In this document: piece by piece, positions 16,978 through 26,631 of the stretch
Numbering within the stretch: the first letter of the stretch is position 1
How the letters are laid out: every line of letters starts with the position of its first letter
Assembly (NCBI GenBank): GCA_965199855.1
Contig: OZ241326.1
Coordinates: forward strand, 672,001-736,000
DNA: 64,000 bases
Origin: a bacterium
GTDB taxonomy: Bacteria > UBA8248
Direction of reading: 5' to 3'
Translations under genes and position numbers: made by a program
The notes under the pieces: model-generated
What the model saw: only the letters and a program-made list of their open reading frames with translations
What the model was told of the DNA's origin: nothing
The model's database searches: none

Positions 16978-17640
16978 ATGGCGCATCTGCCGATTCTGAC
17001 GGACGAGGAGGCGGGCCCCGAGGCCCGGGTGGTGTTCGAGGCGAGCCGGCGGATGTTCGGCCGCGTGGCGAACGCCATCCGGATGAGCGCGGCCAGCCCC
17101 AGGGTGCTCCAGCCGCTTTTCGGCTTTCTGGTGTCGCTGTGCCGGGAGGAGATCACCGGCGCGCTCGACGCGAGGACGAAGGCGCTGCTGATCCTCAAGA
17201 CCTCGATGGAGAACGGGTGCAAATACTGAACGGCGCACAACGTCACGTTCGGTCGGGCGTGCGGGCTGTCGGACGAGCAGATTGACGCCGTGAGGGAGGA
17301 CGCCTACCAGGAGTCGGGCCTGTTCACCGCCGCCGAGAAGGCGGCCGTCTCCTGGGCGCATCACCTGACGAAATACACCTTCGGCAGGCACCCCGAGGCC
17401 CTGGCCGAGATGAAGAGGCACTACGATCACGCCCAGGTCGTCGAGGCGACGCTGGTGTCCGGCTACTTCAACATGTGGAACCGCTTCACCGACGCCCTGG
17501 AGAGCGACCTGGAGGGCGCGGACCAGATGAGCCTTTTCACCAAATCCGCCGTGATCGACAAGCGGGACTTCGCGGAGTTTATGAACAAGTGCTGGTGGGC
17601 GGAGGAGGGAGCGTCCGCCGGAGGCGGGGAGCGCGGCTGA
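16978..17640 (+). CDS. AhpD/carboxymuconolactone decarboxylase-family selenoprotein (CxxU; UGA at 17227-17229)
   Basis: KTSMENGCKY-UGA-TAHN matches the AhpD S..N.C.YC..H motif. The frame stays open to 17640 with AEKAA and FNMWNRF motifs; SECIS hairpin follows the UGA. Confidence 0.88.
17230..17269 (+). other. Bacterial SECIS element
   Basis: Upper stem CACGTTC/GGGCGTG with GGTC loop (17251-17254), 21 nt after the UGA; lower stem ACGGC/GCTGT. Confidence 0.8.
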
Positions 17641-17668
17641 GCGGGCGCTTCGCCGCGCCGGCGGGCTT

Positions 17669-18259
17669 TCAGTCGGCTTCCCGCTTCTCGCCGCGGATCA
17701 GCGTCCCTATCAGCGCCCTCCGCGCCCGGAGCAGGAGCGCGGCGAGCGCGCAGGCGAGGCACATCAGGGGGAGGCTCCCCCCGCCGGCGAGGACGGCCAC
17801 GGCGGGCATCAGCGCGATGGCGATGAGCTCCCCGTGGTCGCGCCTGCCCGTGAGCGCGAAGACGAGCAGGGCGAGCGTCGCGCAGATCAGCAGGGTGAAC
17901 GGGGAGGCGCCGAGCAGAACCCCCGCCGCGCTCGCCGTTCCGCGCCCCCCCCGGAACCCGTGAGGCAGGGGCAGCGCCTCGCCGGCGACGACGGCCGCCC
18001 CCGCCGCCGCGGCGACCCAGGGCGAGCCGCTCACCCGCCAGGCGAGGCCCATCGCCAGCTGCGCCTTCAGGAAGTCGGCGAGGAGCACGAGCAGCCCCAC
18101 GCGCTTTCCCAGCGCGCTCCATGCGCCCTCGAAGTCGAGCGTCCCCTCTCCCCAGGCGCGCGCGTCCTCCCCCCGCGCCCTGGCGGCCCAGAAGGCGGGG
18201 GAGAGGGAGCCCAGGGCGTAGGCGGCGGCCATGGCCGCGGCGAGAGAAAAGAGGTTCAA
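17669..18259 (-). CDS. plsY: Glycerol-3-phosphate acyltransferase (divergent)
   Basis: AYALGSL, ADFLKA, GFRGGRGTASAAG; multi-TM. Confidence 0.75.
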   Translation of the reverse strand: MNLFSLAAAMAAAYALGSLSPAFWAARARGEDARAWGEGTLDFEGAWSALGKRVGLLVLLADFLKAQLAMGLAWRVSGSPWVAAAAGAAVVAGEALPLPHGFRGGRGTASAAGVLLGASPFTLLICATLALLVFALTGRRDHGELIAIALMPAVAVLAGGGSLPLMCLACALAALLLRARRALIGTLIRGEKREAD

Positions 18260-18344
18260 GAAAGTCTCCCGATGGGTGAGGCGTCCGCCTCTATCTTGCG
18301 GGATTCTCCCGCCCGTGAAAAGCCCCCGCCGCGGCGCGCCGCCA

Positions 18345-18807
18345 TCCCGTAGGGGTCGTTCGGGGACGCCCCGCCGCCTCCGTTGCGAATCTTTCTTGAA
18401 AACGGGCGATCACAGAGCCCCGCCCTTACGGAACCGTCGGCCATGGGCGACCACCCCGAACGGGCGGTTCACGAACCGCCCCTACGGAACCCTCGGCGCC
18501 CGCTCGGCGAGGACGGCGGATGCGCTTTTGCCGATTTCGACAAAATCAGACAAATTCACGGCCTTATCCTGCAAATAGACAGCTGTTTTCCACCTTTTAG
18601 AGACCCTTTGACGACCCCGTTCAATCCCCGGTTCGCCCGCCTTCCCTCCCCCCGCGGGCGCACTCCCGCCGCATCAGAAATATAACCCGGCCCGGCGCCG
18701 TCTCCGCCTCGCAAATGCGGGCAGTTGCGGGCAGATGCGCGCGAGGCGTCTCCGTGGGGCGTTTCGAGGGCTGGATTTTCGGGGAAAATACCCGTTTCCC
18801 AAGCGCG
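18345..18807. repeat. Dispersed ~460 bp non-coding element, copy 1, with GTAG-type REPs
   Basis: Collinear with 48041-48524. Identical 24-mer gggcggttcacgaaccgcccctac (18462-18485) and identical 32-mer ttcgcccgccttccctccccccgcgggcgcac. Confidence 0.85.
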
Positions 18808-18871
18808 ATCCGCCCGGGGACGACCGCCCGGCGGCGGTTCCGATGGCTTTCTTCCGCGCGCCGCGGGCGCT

Positions 18872-19582
<711 letters not shown>

Positions 19583-19583
19583 G

Positions 19584-20339
19584 TCACTCCGCCTTTCCGA
19601 GGTAGATTTCCTGCACCCGGGGGTCGCTGCGGATTTCCTCGCTGGGGCCCTCGGCGAGAACCTCGCCGTAGTGCAGGACGCTGATGCGGGAGACGACCTC
19701 GAAGATGACGTCCAGGTCGTGCTCGATGAGGAGAATGGCGATTCCGGGGTCGAGCGACTTCAGGAAGTTCGCCATCTCGCGGGATTCGCCCGTCGCCAGG
19801 CCGGCGGAGGGCTCGTCCAGAAGCAGGACTTTCGGGTCGCTCGCCAGGGCGAGGACGATCTCGAGCTGGCGCTGCTCCCCGTGCGAGAGGCTGCGCACCT
19901 CCTGATCCCGCAGGTGCCAGAAGTTCACCTCGCCGAGCAGCTTCTCCGCCTTCTCGTACACCTCCGCGTATCCCGAAAGCGGCCTGAGCATCGCCATCTT
20001 CATCTTCCGCAGGCCCTGGACGGCGAGCAGGACGTTGTCGAGCACGGTGAGCTTCGGAAACAGGCTGGTGATCTGGAAGGTGCGCGCCATGCCCAGCGCC
20101 GCGCGCCTGTGGGTGGGCCACCCCGAAACGTCGCGCCCGAAGAGGCGGATGCGGCCCGAGGTGAGCGGCAGCACGCCCGTGATGAGGTGGAACAGGGTCG
20201 TTTTCCCCGCGCCGTTGGGGCCCAGGATTCCCCGCCGCTCGCCGGCGCGAAGGCGCAGGTTCACGTCCTCCACGGCGCGCAGGCCGCCGAAGCGCCTGGT
20301 TACGCCCTCGAGCTCCAGCCCCGGCTGCGCGTTCGTCAA
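19584..20339 (-). CDS. livG: Branched-chain amino acid-type ABC ATPase
   Basis: FGGLRAV, GPNGAGKTT, ARTFQ, LSHGEQR, LLDEPSAGL. Confidence 0.9.
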   Translation of the reverse strand: MTNAQPGLELEGVTRRFGGLRAVEDVNLRLRAGERRGILGPNGAGKTTLFHLITGVLPLTSGRIRLFGRDVSGWPTHRRAALGMARTFQITSLFPKLTVLDNVLLAVQGLRKMKMAMLRPLSGYAEVYEKAEKLLGEVNFWHLRDQEVRSLSHGEQRQLEIVLALASDPKVLLLDEPSAGLATGESREMANFLKSLDPGIAILLIEHDLDVIFEVVSRISVLHYGEVLAEGPSEEIRSDPRVQEIYLGKAE

Positions 20340-20421
20340 GGCGCGTTCGACTCCCCCTGAAGGCCCGGCGCGAACCGGCCGCCCGCGCCCTGAAGCCGCG
20401 GGCGGCCGGATTCGCCCCGCG

Positions 20422-21675
20422 CTACCTGCAATGCGGGCAGGGCGGATGCTTCTTGCTGTAGACGGGCTGCTTGAGGAAGTCCTCCGCCTTCCACTTCCAG
20501 AACTGCCCGACGGCCGGATAGGTCTTGATCACGACGTTCCACAGCGAGTTGGGCTTCACGCCCAGGCCCAGGCGGTCGCCCTTCACGCGCGCCACCCGGC
20601 GGATGTAGCTGTTCTGCACCGGATTGCCGTATGCGTCCAGGTATACGGGGCCCCGGATGGCGTTGATGCGGATGGTCTTGAACGCCTCGAGGAAGGCGTC
20701 CGCGTTCTCGGGCTTGTAGCCGATTTTCTTGAGGGTGAGGTCCACCCACTGGCCGGTGGTGTAGGTGGTCTCGGAGTAGTAGGAGGCCATTTTCCCGTAG
20801 CGCTGCTGGTATTCCCTGACGAACGCCTTGTTCTTCTCCGTCTCCAGGGCGGCGCTGTATTGCGCGGCCGTCACGTAGCCGAGCGCCTCGTCCCCCATGC
20901 TGGGGAGGATGAACTCGTCCGCGCTCGTCACCCCGCCGAGCATGGGCATTTTGAAGCCGGCGGCGCGGAACTGCTTCGGGAAGGCCAGGGACATCGGGCC
21001 GACCATGAGGGTGAAGATGGCGTCGGCGTCCTTGGGCACCTGCGGGAGATAGGGGCCGAAGTCCTTCGTTCCGAGCTTCGCCCATATCTTCTTGACGATC
21101 TTCCCGCCGCGCGCCTCGAACGCCTTGTGGAAGCCGCCCACCGTCTCGTAGCCGAAGGCGTAGTCCGCGCCGATGGTGACGACGCGGCGGTAGCCCTGGT
21201 CGTAGGCCCACTCGGCGAGGGGGTGGCTGTTCTGGCTGCTCGTGAAGCCGCTGCGCAGGAAATACTTGAAGAGCTTGCGCTGGGTGAGGTCGTCCGCCGC
21301 CGGCACGGGCGAGATGTAGGGCACCTTGAAGCGGTTGGCGACCGGCGCGAGGGCGTAGCCGGTGCTGGCGAGCAGGCCGCCCATGAACATGTGCACCTTG
21401 TCGCGCTTGATGAGCTTGAGCGCCTTGCGCACGTTCACGGCCGGCTTGCCGGTGGAGTCCTCGAGGATGAACTTCACGTCCAGGGGTCCCATCTTGTTCT
21501 TCGCGTGCGCCAGGTACATCCTGAAGCCGTTGCTCATGTCCTTGCCGATCTGGGCGAAGATGCCCGTCATCGGCGCGATGAAGCCGATGCGCACCTCGGC
21601 CGCCCGCGCGCCGCCGACTCCGGCGGAGAGCGCGAGGGCGAGCCCTGCGATGATGGCGATGAGTCTGCGCTTCAT
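20422..21675 (-). CDS. Liv-type ABC substrate-binding protein
   Basis: Signal peptide, IGFIAPMTGIFA, ADYAFG; PBP1 family. Confidence 0.88.
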   Translation of the reverse strand: MKRRLIAIIAGLALALSAGVGGARAAEVRIGFIAPMTGIFAQIGKDMSNGFRMYLAHAKNKMGPLDVKFILEDSTGKPAVNVRKALKLIKRDKVHMFMGGLLASTGYALAPVANRFKVPYISPVPAADDLTQRKLFKYFLRSGFTSSQNSHPLAEWAYDQGYRRVVTIGADYAFGYETVGGFHKAFEARGGKIVKKIWAKLGTKDFGPYLPQVPKDADAIFTLMVGPMSLAFPKQFRAAGFKMPMLGGVTSADEFILPSMGDEALGYVTAAQYSAALETEKNKAFVREYQQRYGKMASYYSETTYTTGQWVDLTLKKIGYKPENADAFLEAFKTIRINAIRGPVYLDAYGNPVQNSYIRRVARVKGDRLGLGVKPNSLWNVVIKTYPAVGQFWKWKAEDFLKQPVYSKKHPPCPHCR

Positions 21676-21720
21676 GTCTTTTCCCTCCGTTTGCTCAGGG
21701 TGCTTCGGGCCGCGCCCTCC

Positions 21721-22746
21721 TCAGCCCTCGCGGGCCTCCGGGGGCGCGGCGGGTTTGCGGAACCTGCCGAACAGTCCGAGAATTCCCTCGACGCCGTAGA
21801 GGCGTCCCAGCATGATGGTGATGATGTAGATGGCGCCCAGGATCAGGGGCCAGCGCTCCACGTAGATGCTGATGAACTGCTGGAGCGAGCGGATGATGGC
21901 CGCGCCGATGACGGGGCCGACCAAGGTGGCGGGGCCGCCCAGCGCCACCATGAACAGGGCCTCGGCCGAGGTGATGAGCTCGATGTCCGGCGGACTCACG
22001 AACAGGTTGAACAGCGTCCACATCACCCCCGAGACGCCGCTGAAGACGCCCGCGATGATGAAGGCGAGGTATTTGTGGAGCCAGATGTTGTAGCCCAGCA
22101 TCTCCATGCGCTCCTCGCGTTCCCGGATGCCGACCAGCGTCTTTCCGAAGGGGCTACGCGTGAAGAGATGCAGGAGGCCGAGGCAGGCGAGAAACACCGC
22201 GAGCGTGAAGTAGAAGAACGGAATTTCCGACTCCAGCGAAAGGCCGAGCAGCGAGGGTCTGCCGGGGACGCTGATGCCGTTGTCGCCCTCCGTCACCGCG
22301 CTCCAGCGGTAGGCCAGCCCCCAGACGACCATGGCGAGGGAGAGCGTGATCATCAGGAAATACACGCCCACGGCGCGGATGGCCAGAAAGCCGAAGAACG
22401 CGGCGAAGGCGAGGGCCACGAGGATTCCGAAGAGGAAGATGAAGAAGACGCCCAGCCCCAGCGCGTCCGCCCACTGGAAGGCGGCGTAGGTCCACGTCCA
22501 GTCCTCCTTGGTCATGACGATGGCCGTGGCGTAGGAGGCGACGCCGAAGTAGGCGGCGTGCCCCAGGGAGGCGAGGCCGGTGAAGCCCAGCAGGATATCC
22601 AGGCTCATGGCGAGGATGCCGAAGACGAGAATCTCCGTCACGAGGCTCTGCATGAAGAGGTCGAGAAACGGCGTGACGGCGCCCAGGGCGGCGAACGCGC
22701 CCAGAGCGAGCGCCGCGCGCGCCTTCTCGGAGGAGCTCCCGCCCAC
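21721..22746 (-). CDS. livM: Liv-type ABC permease
   Basis: GFTGLASLGHAAYFG, YFLMITL, SPFGKTLVGIRE. Confidence 0.88.
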   Translation of the reverse strand: MGGSSSEKARAALALGAFAALGAVTPFLDLFMQSLVTEILVFGILAMSLDILLGFTGLASLGHAAYFGVASYATAIVMTKEDWTWTYAAFQWADALGLGVFFIFLFGILVALAFAAFFGFLAIRAVGVYFLMITLSLAMVVWGLAYRWSAVTEGDNGISVPGRPSLLGLSLESEIPFFYFTLAVFLACLGLLHLFTRSPFGKTLVGIREREERMEMLGYNIWLHKYLAFIIAGVFSGVSGVMWTLFNLFVSPPDIELITSAEALFMVALGGPATLVGPVIGAAIIRSLQQFISIYVERWPLILGAIYIITIMLGRLYGVEGILGLFGRFRKPAAPPEAREG

Positions 22747-22749
22747 GGC

Positions 22750-23847
22750 TCAGCCCTTTCCGAAGAGGCCGGTCGGCCTGATCGCCAGAATGACGGCCAT
22801 GGGCGCGAAGAGCGCGAAGTAGGAGAGCTCGGGAAACAGCGCGGTGCCGAAGTTCTCGATGAAGCCGACCACGACGCTGCCCAGGACGGCGCCGCCCAGA
22901 CTGCCGAGGCCGCCGATGATCACCACGGCGAACGCATAGGGGAGGATCTCGAAGTCGAGCCCCGGATAGACGCCGAAGAACGCGCCGCCCACCACGCCGC
23001 CCATGGCGGCCAGAAGCGCGCCGATGGCGAAGATCGCCATCTGCACGACGTTCGTGTTGACGCCGACGCCGCGCGCCATCTCGGGGTCGTCCACCGCCGC
23101 GCGCATGATGGCGCCGAGGCGGGTGCGCTCGATGCCGAGGAACAGCGCCGCCGCCACCAGGACGGCGACGAGGATCATGAAGGCGCGGTATTGGGGAAGG
23201 GAGAGGCCCCAGACCACCGCGCTGTGGTTGAGCGGCCAGGGCTGCTTCAGCATGAAGTTGTCCCCGCCCCAGGTGTAGAGCGAGCCGTCCTGGAGGATGA
23301 AGGCGAAGCCTATCGTCACGAGCACCTGCGCGAGGGTGTCCTGCCCCAGGCGGCGCAGAAAGAAGCGCTCGATGAGCATTCCGCACAGCGCCGCGACCGA
23401 GAGCGCGGCGGCGGCGGCGGCGATCATGCCCGCGAGGTTCACGTGGTCCACGGGCTGGACGGGCACGCGCGGAAAGAAGAGCTCGAAGACGTTGAAGCCC
23501 CACGCCAGGCCGCTCGCCGCCTCCAGGAGGGCGTAGGCGAGGAGCAGCGCGGGCGCGGCGCGCCGGGGGGGAACGTATCCCGTGAGGACGCGCCACGCGA
23601 GATAGAGCAGCGCCCACGAGGCCAGCTGGACGACGCGCGGCAGCAGGCTCAGGGAGCCGAAGACGACGTTGTAGAACTCGAGCGCCAGGTAGCCGGCGAA
23701 CAGGAAGAAGGCGGCGTGGGCGAGGTTCACGATGCGCATCACGCCGAAGATGAGCGAGAGGCCGCTCGCGAGGAGAAACAGGATGGCGGCGTAGGAGAGG
23801 GAGTTGTAGCTCAGGACGAGGATGTTTGTGAAGCTCAGAGTGGTCAT
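22750..23847 (-). CDS. livH: Liv-type ABC permease
   Basis: GLSLIFGVMRIVNLAH, TRLGAIMRA, VIIGGLGS. Confidence 0.88.
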   Translation of the reverse strand: MTTLSFTNILVLSYNSLSYAAILFLLASGLSLIFGVMRIVNLAHAAFFLFAGYLALEFYNVVFGSLSLLPRVVQLASWALLYLAWRVLTGYVPPRRAAPALLLAYALLEAASGLAWGFNVFELFFPRVPVQPVDHVNLAGMIAAAAAALSVAALCGMLIERFFLRRLGQDTLAQVLVTIGFAFILQDGSLYTWGGDNFMLKQPWPLNHSAVVWGLSLPQYRAFMILVAVLVAAALFLGIERTRLGAIMRAAVDDPEMARGVGVNTNVVQMAIFAIGALLAAMGGVVGGAFFGVYPGLDFEILPYAFAVVIIGGLGSLGGAVLGSVVVGFIENFGTALFPELSYFALFAPMAVILAIRPTGLFGKG

Positions 23848-24115
23848 TCACGCCTCGCTGCCGCCGGGGAGGAGGCGCCGCGCAAGCGGGGGGCGGGCGC
23901 CTCGCCGGATCGTCGGTTCGCATGAGCGCAGAAATGAAACAAGGCCTCATTATGCGCCCGGTTCCGGGCGGCGGTCAAGGCGGCGATGGTTCCGCGCTGG
24001 CGCAGGGCCGCGCGGAAGGATAAGGTTCGGGGGGCCGGCCTTTCGGTTCGGCGGGCGCCCCGGCATGGGGCCTTTCGGTTTCGCTTCGGGGAAGGGGAGG
24101 CTTCGCTCCGCTCGA

Positions 24116-25384
24116 ATGGATAGGCGCGCCGGGGCTTCGGAGGAGAGGATTTTCAGGAACGCCCGAATCGACTCGGGGGGCTCCCCGGTCGATTTGCGGG
24201 TCGCGCGGGGGCGATTCGCGGAGATCGCCCCGAACCTCGAAAACGCGGCGGGCTGCGGGGAGACGGACCTGGGCGGCCGCGTCGCGCTGCCCGCGCTCGT
24301 GGAGAGCCACATTCACCTGGACAAGGCGTTTCTGGAGGAGCGCGCCCCCAACCTGTCTGGGTCGCTCGCGGACGCCATCGCCGTCACCCTCGAACTCAAA
24401 AGGAGCGTGACGAAGCGGGACATGATGGAGCGCGCCGAGCGCGCCCTGCGCATGGCGATGCGCCACGGCGCCGGATGGTTCCGCGCGCAGGTGGAGGTGG
24501 ACCCCGTCGTCGGGCTCAAGGGAATGGAGGTCGCCCTGGAGCTCAGGGAGAAGTATTCGGGCCTCGCGGACTTTCAGCTGGTCGTCTTCCCGCAGGAGGG
24601 CATCGAGCAGCGGCCGGGGACGGAGGAGTTGATGCGCGAGGCGATGCGGATGGGCGGAGACCTCGTGGGCGGAATCCCCTACAACGACCTCGACCCCGAG
24701 CGGCACCTGGACGTCGTTTTCGGGATGGCCGAGGCGTTCGGCTGCGGGCTGGATTTTCATCTGGACTTCTCCGACAGCCCGGCTGATCGGAGAATCGAAT
24801 CCGTGGCCGCGCGAACCATCGCGGCGGGGCTTCAGGGGCGGGTGGCCGTCGGACACCTCACCTCGCTCGGAAGCATGGAGGAGGCCGCGGCCGCGCCCCT
24901 CATCGAGAAGATTCTCGAGGCGGACATCTCCGTCCTGCCGCTGCCGGCGACCGACCTGTTCCTGGGCGGCAGGGGGGAGAGGCCGCCCCGCTTCCGGGGA
25001 CTCGCTCCGGTGAAGTCCCTCCTGGACGCGGGCGTGAACGTCGCCATCTCCTCGAACAACGTCCGAAACGCCTTCACGCCCTCGGGGAGGGGAGACTTGC
25101 TCGAGCTCGGCCTTCTCCTCGCCCACGCCCTTCACATGAGCGGCGCGGCGGAGAGGGGCGCGATCCCCGCGCTTTTCACGACCAACGGCGCGAGGGCGCT
25201 CGGGGTGGAGGAGGACTACGGCCTGCGCCCCGGACGCGCGGCGGACTTCGTGGTTCTCGATTCGGCGAACTTCGGTGACGTCCTCATCGATCAGCCCGAG
25301 AAGCGCTTCGTGGTGAAGGGCGGGCGCGTCATCGTGGAGAACGTCGCGGAGACGACCTGGCGGGAGACGGCCGGATGGGCGTGA
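24116..25384 (+). CDS. Amidohydrolase, cytosine deaminase/AtzC-like
   Basis: ESHIHLDKA, VFPQEG, VGGIPY, GHLTSL, GRAADFVVLD; start position uncertain. Confidence 0.85.
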   Translation: MDRRAGASEERIFRNARIDSGGSPVDLRVARGRFAEIAPNLENAAGCGETDLGGRVALPALVESHIHLDKAFLEERAPNLSGSLADAIAVTLELKRSVTKRDMMERAERALRMAMRHGAGWFRAQVEVDPVVGLKGMEVALELREKYSGLADFQLVVFPQEGIEQRPGTEELMREAMRMGGDLVGGIPYNDLDPERHLDVVFGMAEAFGCGLDFHLDFSDSPADRRIESVAARTIAAGLQGRVAVGHLTSLGSMEEAAAAPLIEKILEADISVLPLPATDLFLGGRGERPPRFRGLAPVKSLLDAGVNVAISSNNVRNAFTPSGRGDLLELGLLLAHALHMSGAAERGAIPALFTTNGARALGVEEDYGLRPGRAADFVVLDSANFGDVLIDQPEKRFVVKGGRVIVENVAETTWRETAGWA

Positions 25385-26625
25385 TTTCGGACGCGAACGA
25401 AGAGGCGCTCTCCCGCATCGTCGCCGCGGACCCCGTTCTGGCGGACGTGCGTCCGGCGGGCGAGGCGATTCGCGGCCTCGACGAGGGCGTCCTGCTCCAC
25501 GCCGGCCCCCCGATTGCCTGGGAGCGGATGTGCGGCCCCCTGCGCGGGGCGATCGCGGGGGCGGCCGTCCTCGAGGGATGGGCGGAGGATCTGGCCGCCG
25601 GGGAGGCGCTCGCCGCCTCGGGCGGCATCGCGTTTCACCCGAATCACCACTTCGGCGCCGTGGGCCCCATGACGGGCGTCACCACGCGCTCGATGCCGGT
25701 GATGATCGTGGAGAACAGGAGGTTCGGAAACCGCGCGTATTGCGCCCTCAACGAGGGTTTGGGGAAGGTGATGCGCTTCGGCGGAAACGACGAGGAGGTG
25801 CTGAGCCGCCTGCGCTGGCTGGCGGAGCGGCTGGCGCCCGCGCTCTCCGCCGCCCTGCGCTTCATGGGCGGCCTGCCGCTCAAGGGCATCATCGCGCGGG
25901 GGCTCGCGATGGGGGATGAAATGCACCAGCGCAACGCGGCCTGCACGAGCCTCTTCGTGCGCGAGACGGCTCCCGCCCTCGCGCGGACGGCGGGCGGCGC
26001 GGAGAGGCTGGAGGAGGTCTTCTCCTTCATGGGCGGCAACGACCAGTTCTTCCTGAACGCGGCGATGGCGGCGGGAAAGGCGGTGATGGACCCGGCGCGC
26101 GGCATCGAGGGGTCGAGCGTCGTCACGGCGATGTGCAGGAACGGCGCGGACTTCGGCATTCGGGTGAGCGGAACGGGGGACGCGTGGTTCACCGCGCCCG
26201 TGGAGATGCCGCGGGGGCTGTATTTTCCCGGCTTCGGCGAGGAGGACGCCAACCCGGACATGGGCGACTCCACGATCATCGAGACGATGGGGCTGGGCGG
26301 GTTCGCCATGGCGGCCGCCCCCGCCGTCGTCGGGTTCGTGGGGGCGGGGAGGGCGGCGGACGCGCTGAACTACACCCGCGCCATGTGGGAGATCACCCAG
26401 GGGCGCAACCCGGAGTGGTCGATTCCCGCCCTCGACTTTCAGGGCGTCCCGACGGGCATCGACGTGATGAAGGTGGTCAGGCTCGGGGTCGCGCCCGTCA
26501 TCAACACGGGCATCGCCCACAAAGAGCCCGGCGTCGGACAGGTCGGCGCGGGCGTGGTTCGCGCCCCGCTCGCCTGCTTCGAGCGGGCGCTTGAAGCCTT
26601 CGGCGCGAAGATGGGCGCGGTATGA
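25375..26625 (+). CDS. DUF1116 (YlbE/AllG-like) protein
   Basis: LLHAGPP, GAVGPMTG, NEGLGKVMRFG, MGDEMHQRN, PDMGDS, INTGIAHK. Confidence 0.85.
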   Translation: MGVISDANEEALSRIVAADPVLADVRPAGEAIRGLDEGVLLHAGPPIAWERMCGPLRGAIAGAAVLEGWAEDLAAGEALAASGGIAFHPNHHFGAVGPMTGVTTRSMPVMIVENRRFGNRAYCALNEGLGKVMRFGGNDEEVLSRLRWLAERLAPALSAALRFMGGLPLKGIIARGLAMGDEMHQRNAACTSLFVRETAPALARTAGGAERLEEVFSFMGGNDQFFLNAAMAAGKAVMDPARGIEGSSVVTAMCRNGADFGIRVSGTGDAWFTAPVEMPRGLYFPGFGEEDANPDMGDSTIIETMGLGGFAMAAAPAVVGFVGAGRAADALNYTRAMWEITQGRNPEWSIPALDFQGVPTGIDVMKVVRLGVAPVINTGIAHKEPGVGQVGAGVVRAPLACFERALEAFGAKMGAV

Positions 26626-26631
26626 GCGCGC

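Noticed and set aside
16819-17640. Two separate ORFs or a nonsense pseudogene
   Set aside because: The UGA sits at the catalytic Cys position and is followed by a SECIS, so a single selenoprotein fits better.
18345-18807. CRISPR array or protein-coding ORFs in the repeat element
   Set aside because: No regular repeat-spacer periodicity and no cas genes; the overlapping ORFs differ in frame and length between the two copies.
20422-20450. C-terminal CPHC of the Liv binding protein as a redox or heme motif
   Set aside because: It is not CxxCH and has no thioredoxin fold; most likely a structural disulfide.
20035-23925. 1296-aa plus-strand ORF, and similar giant ORFs at 29350..32400, 39648..42263, 13838..16177 and 13476..15731
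   Set aside because: These are antisense or off-frame shadows of well-supported genes in high-GC DNA, with no motifs. Only the 3' end of 13838..16177 (the cupin) is real.
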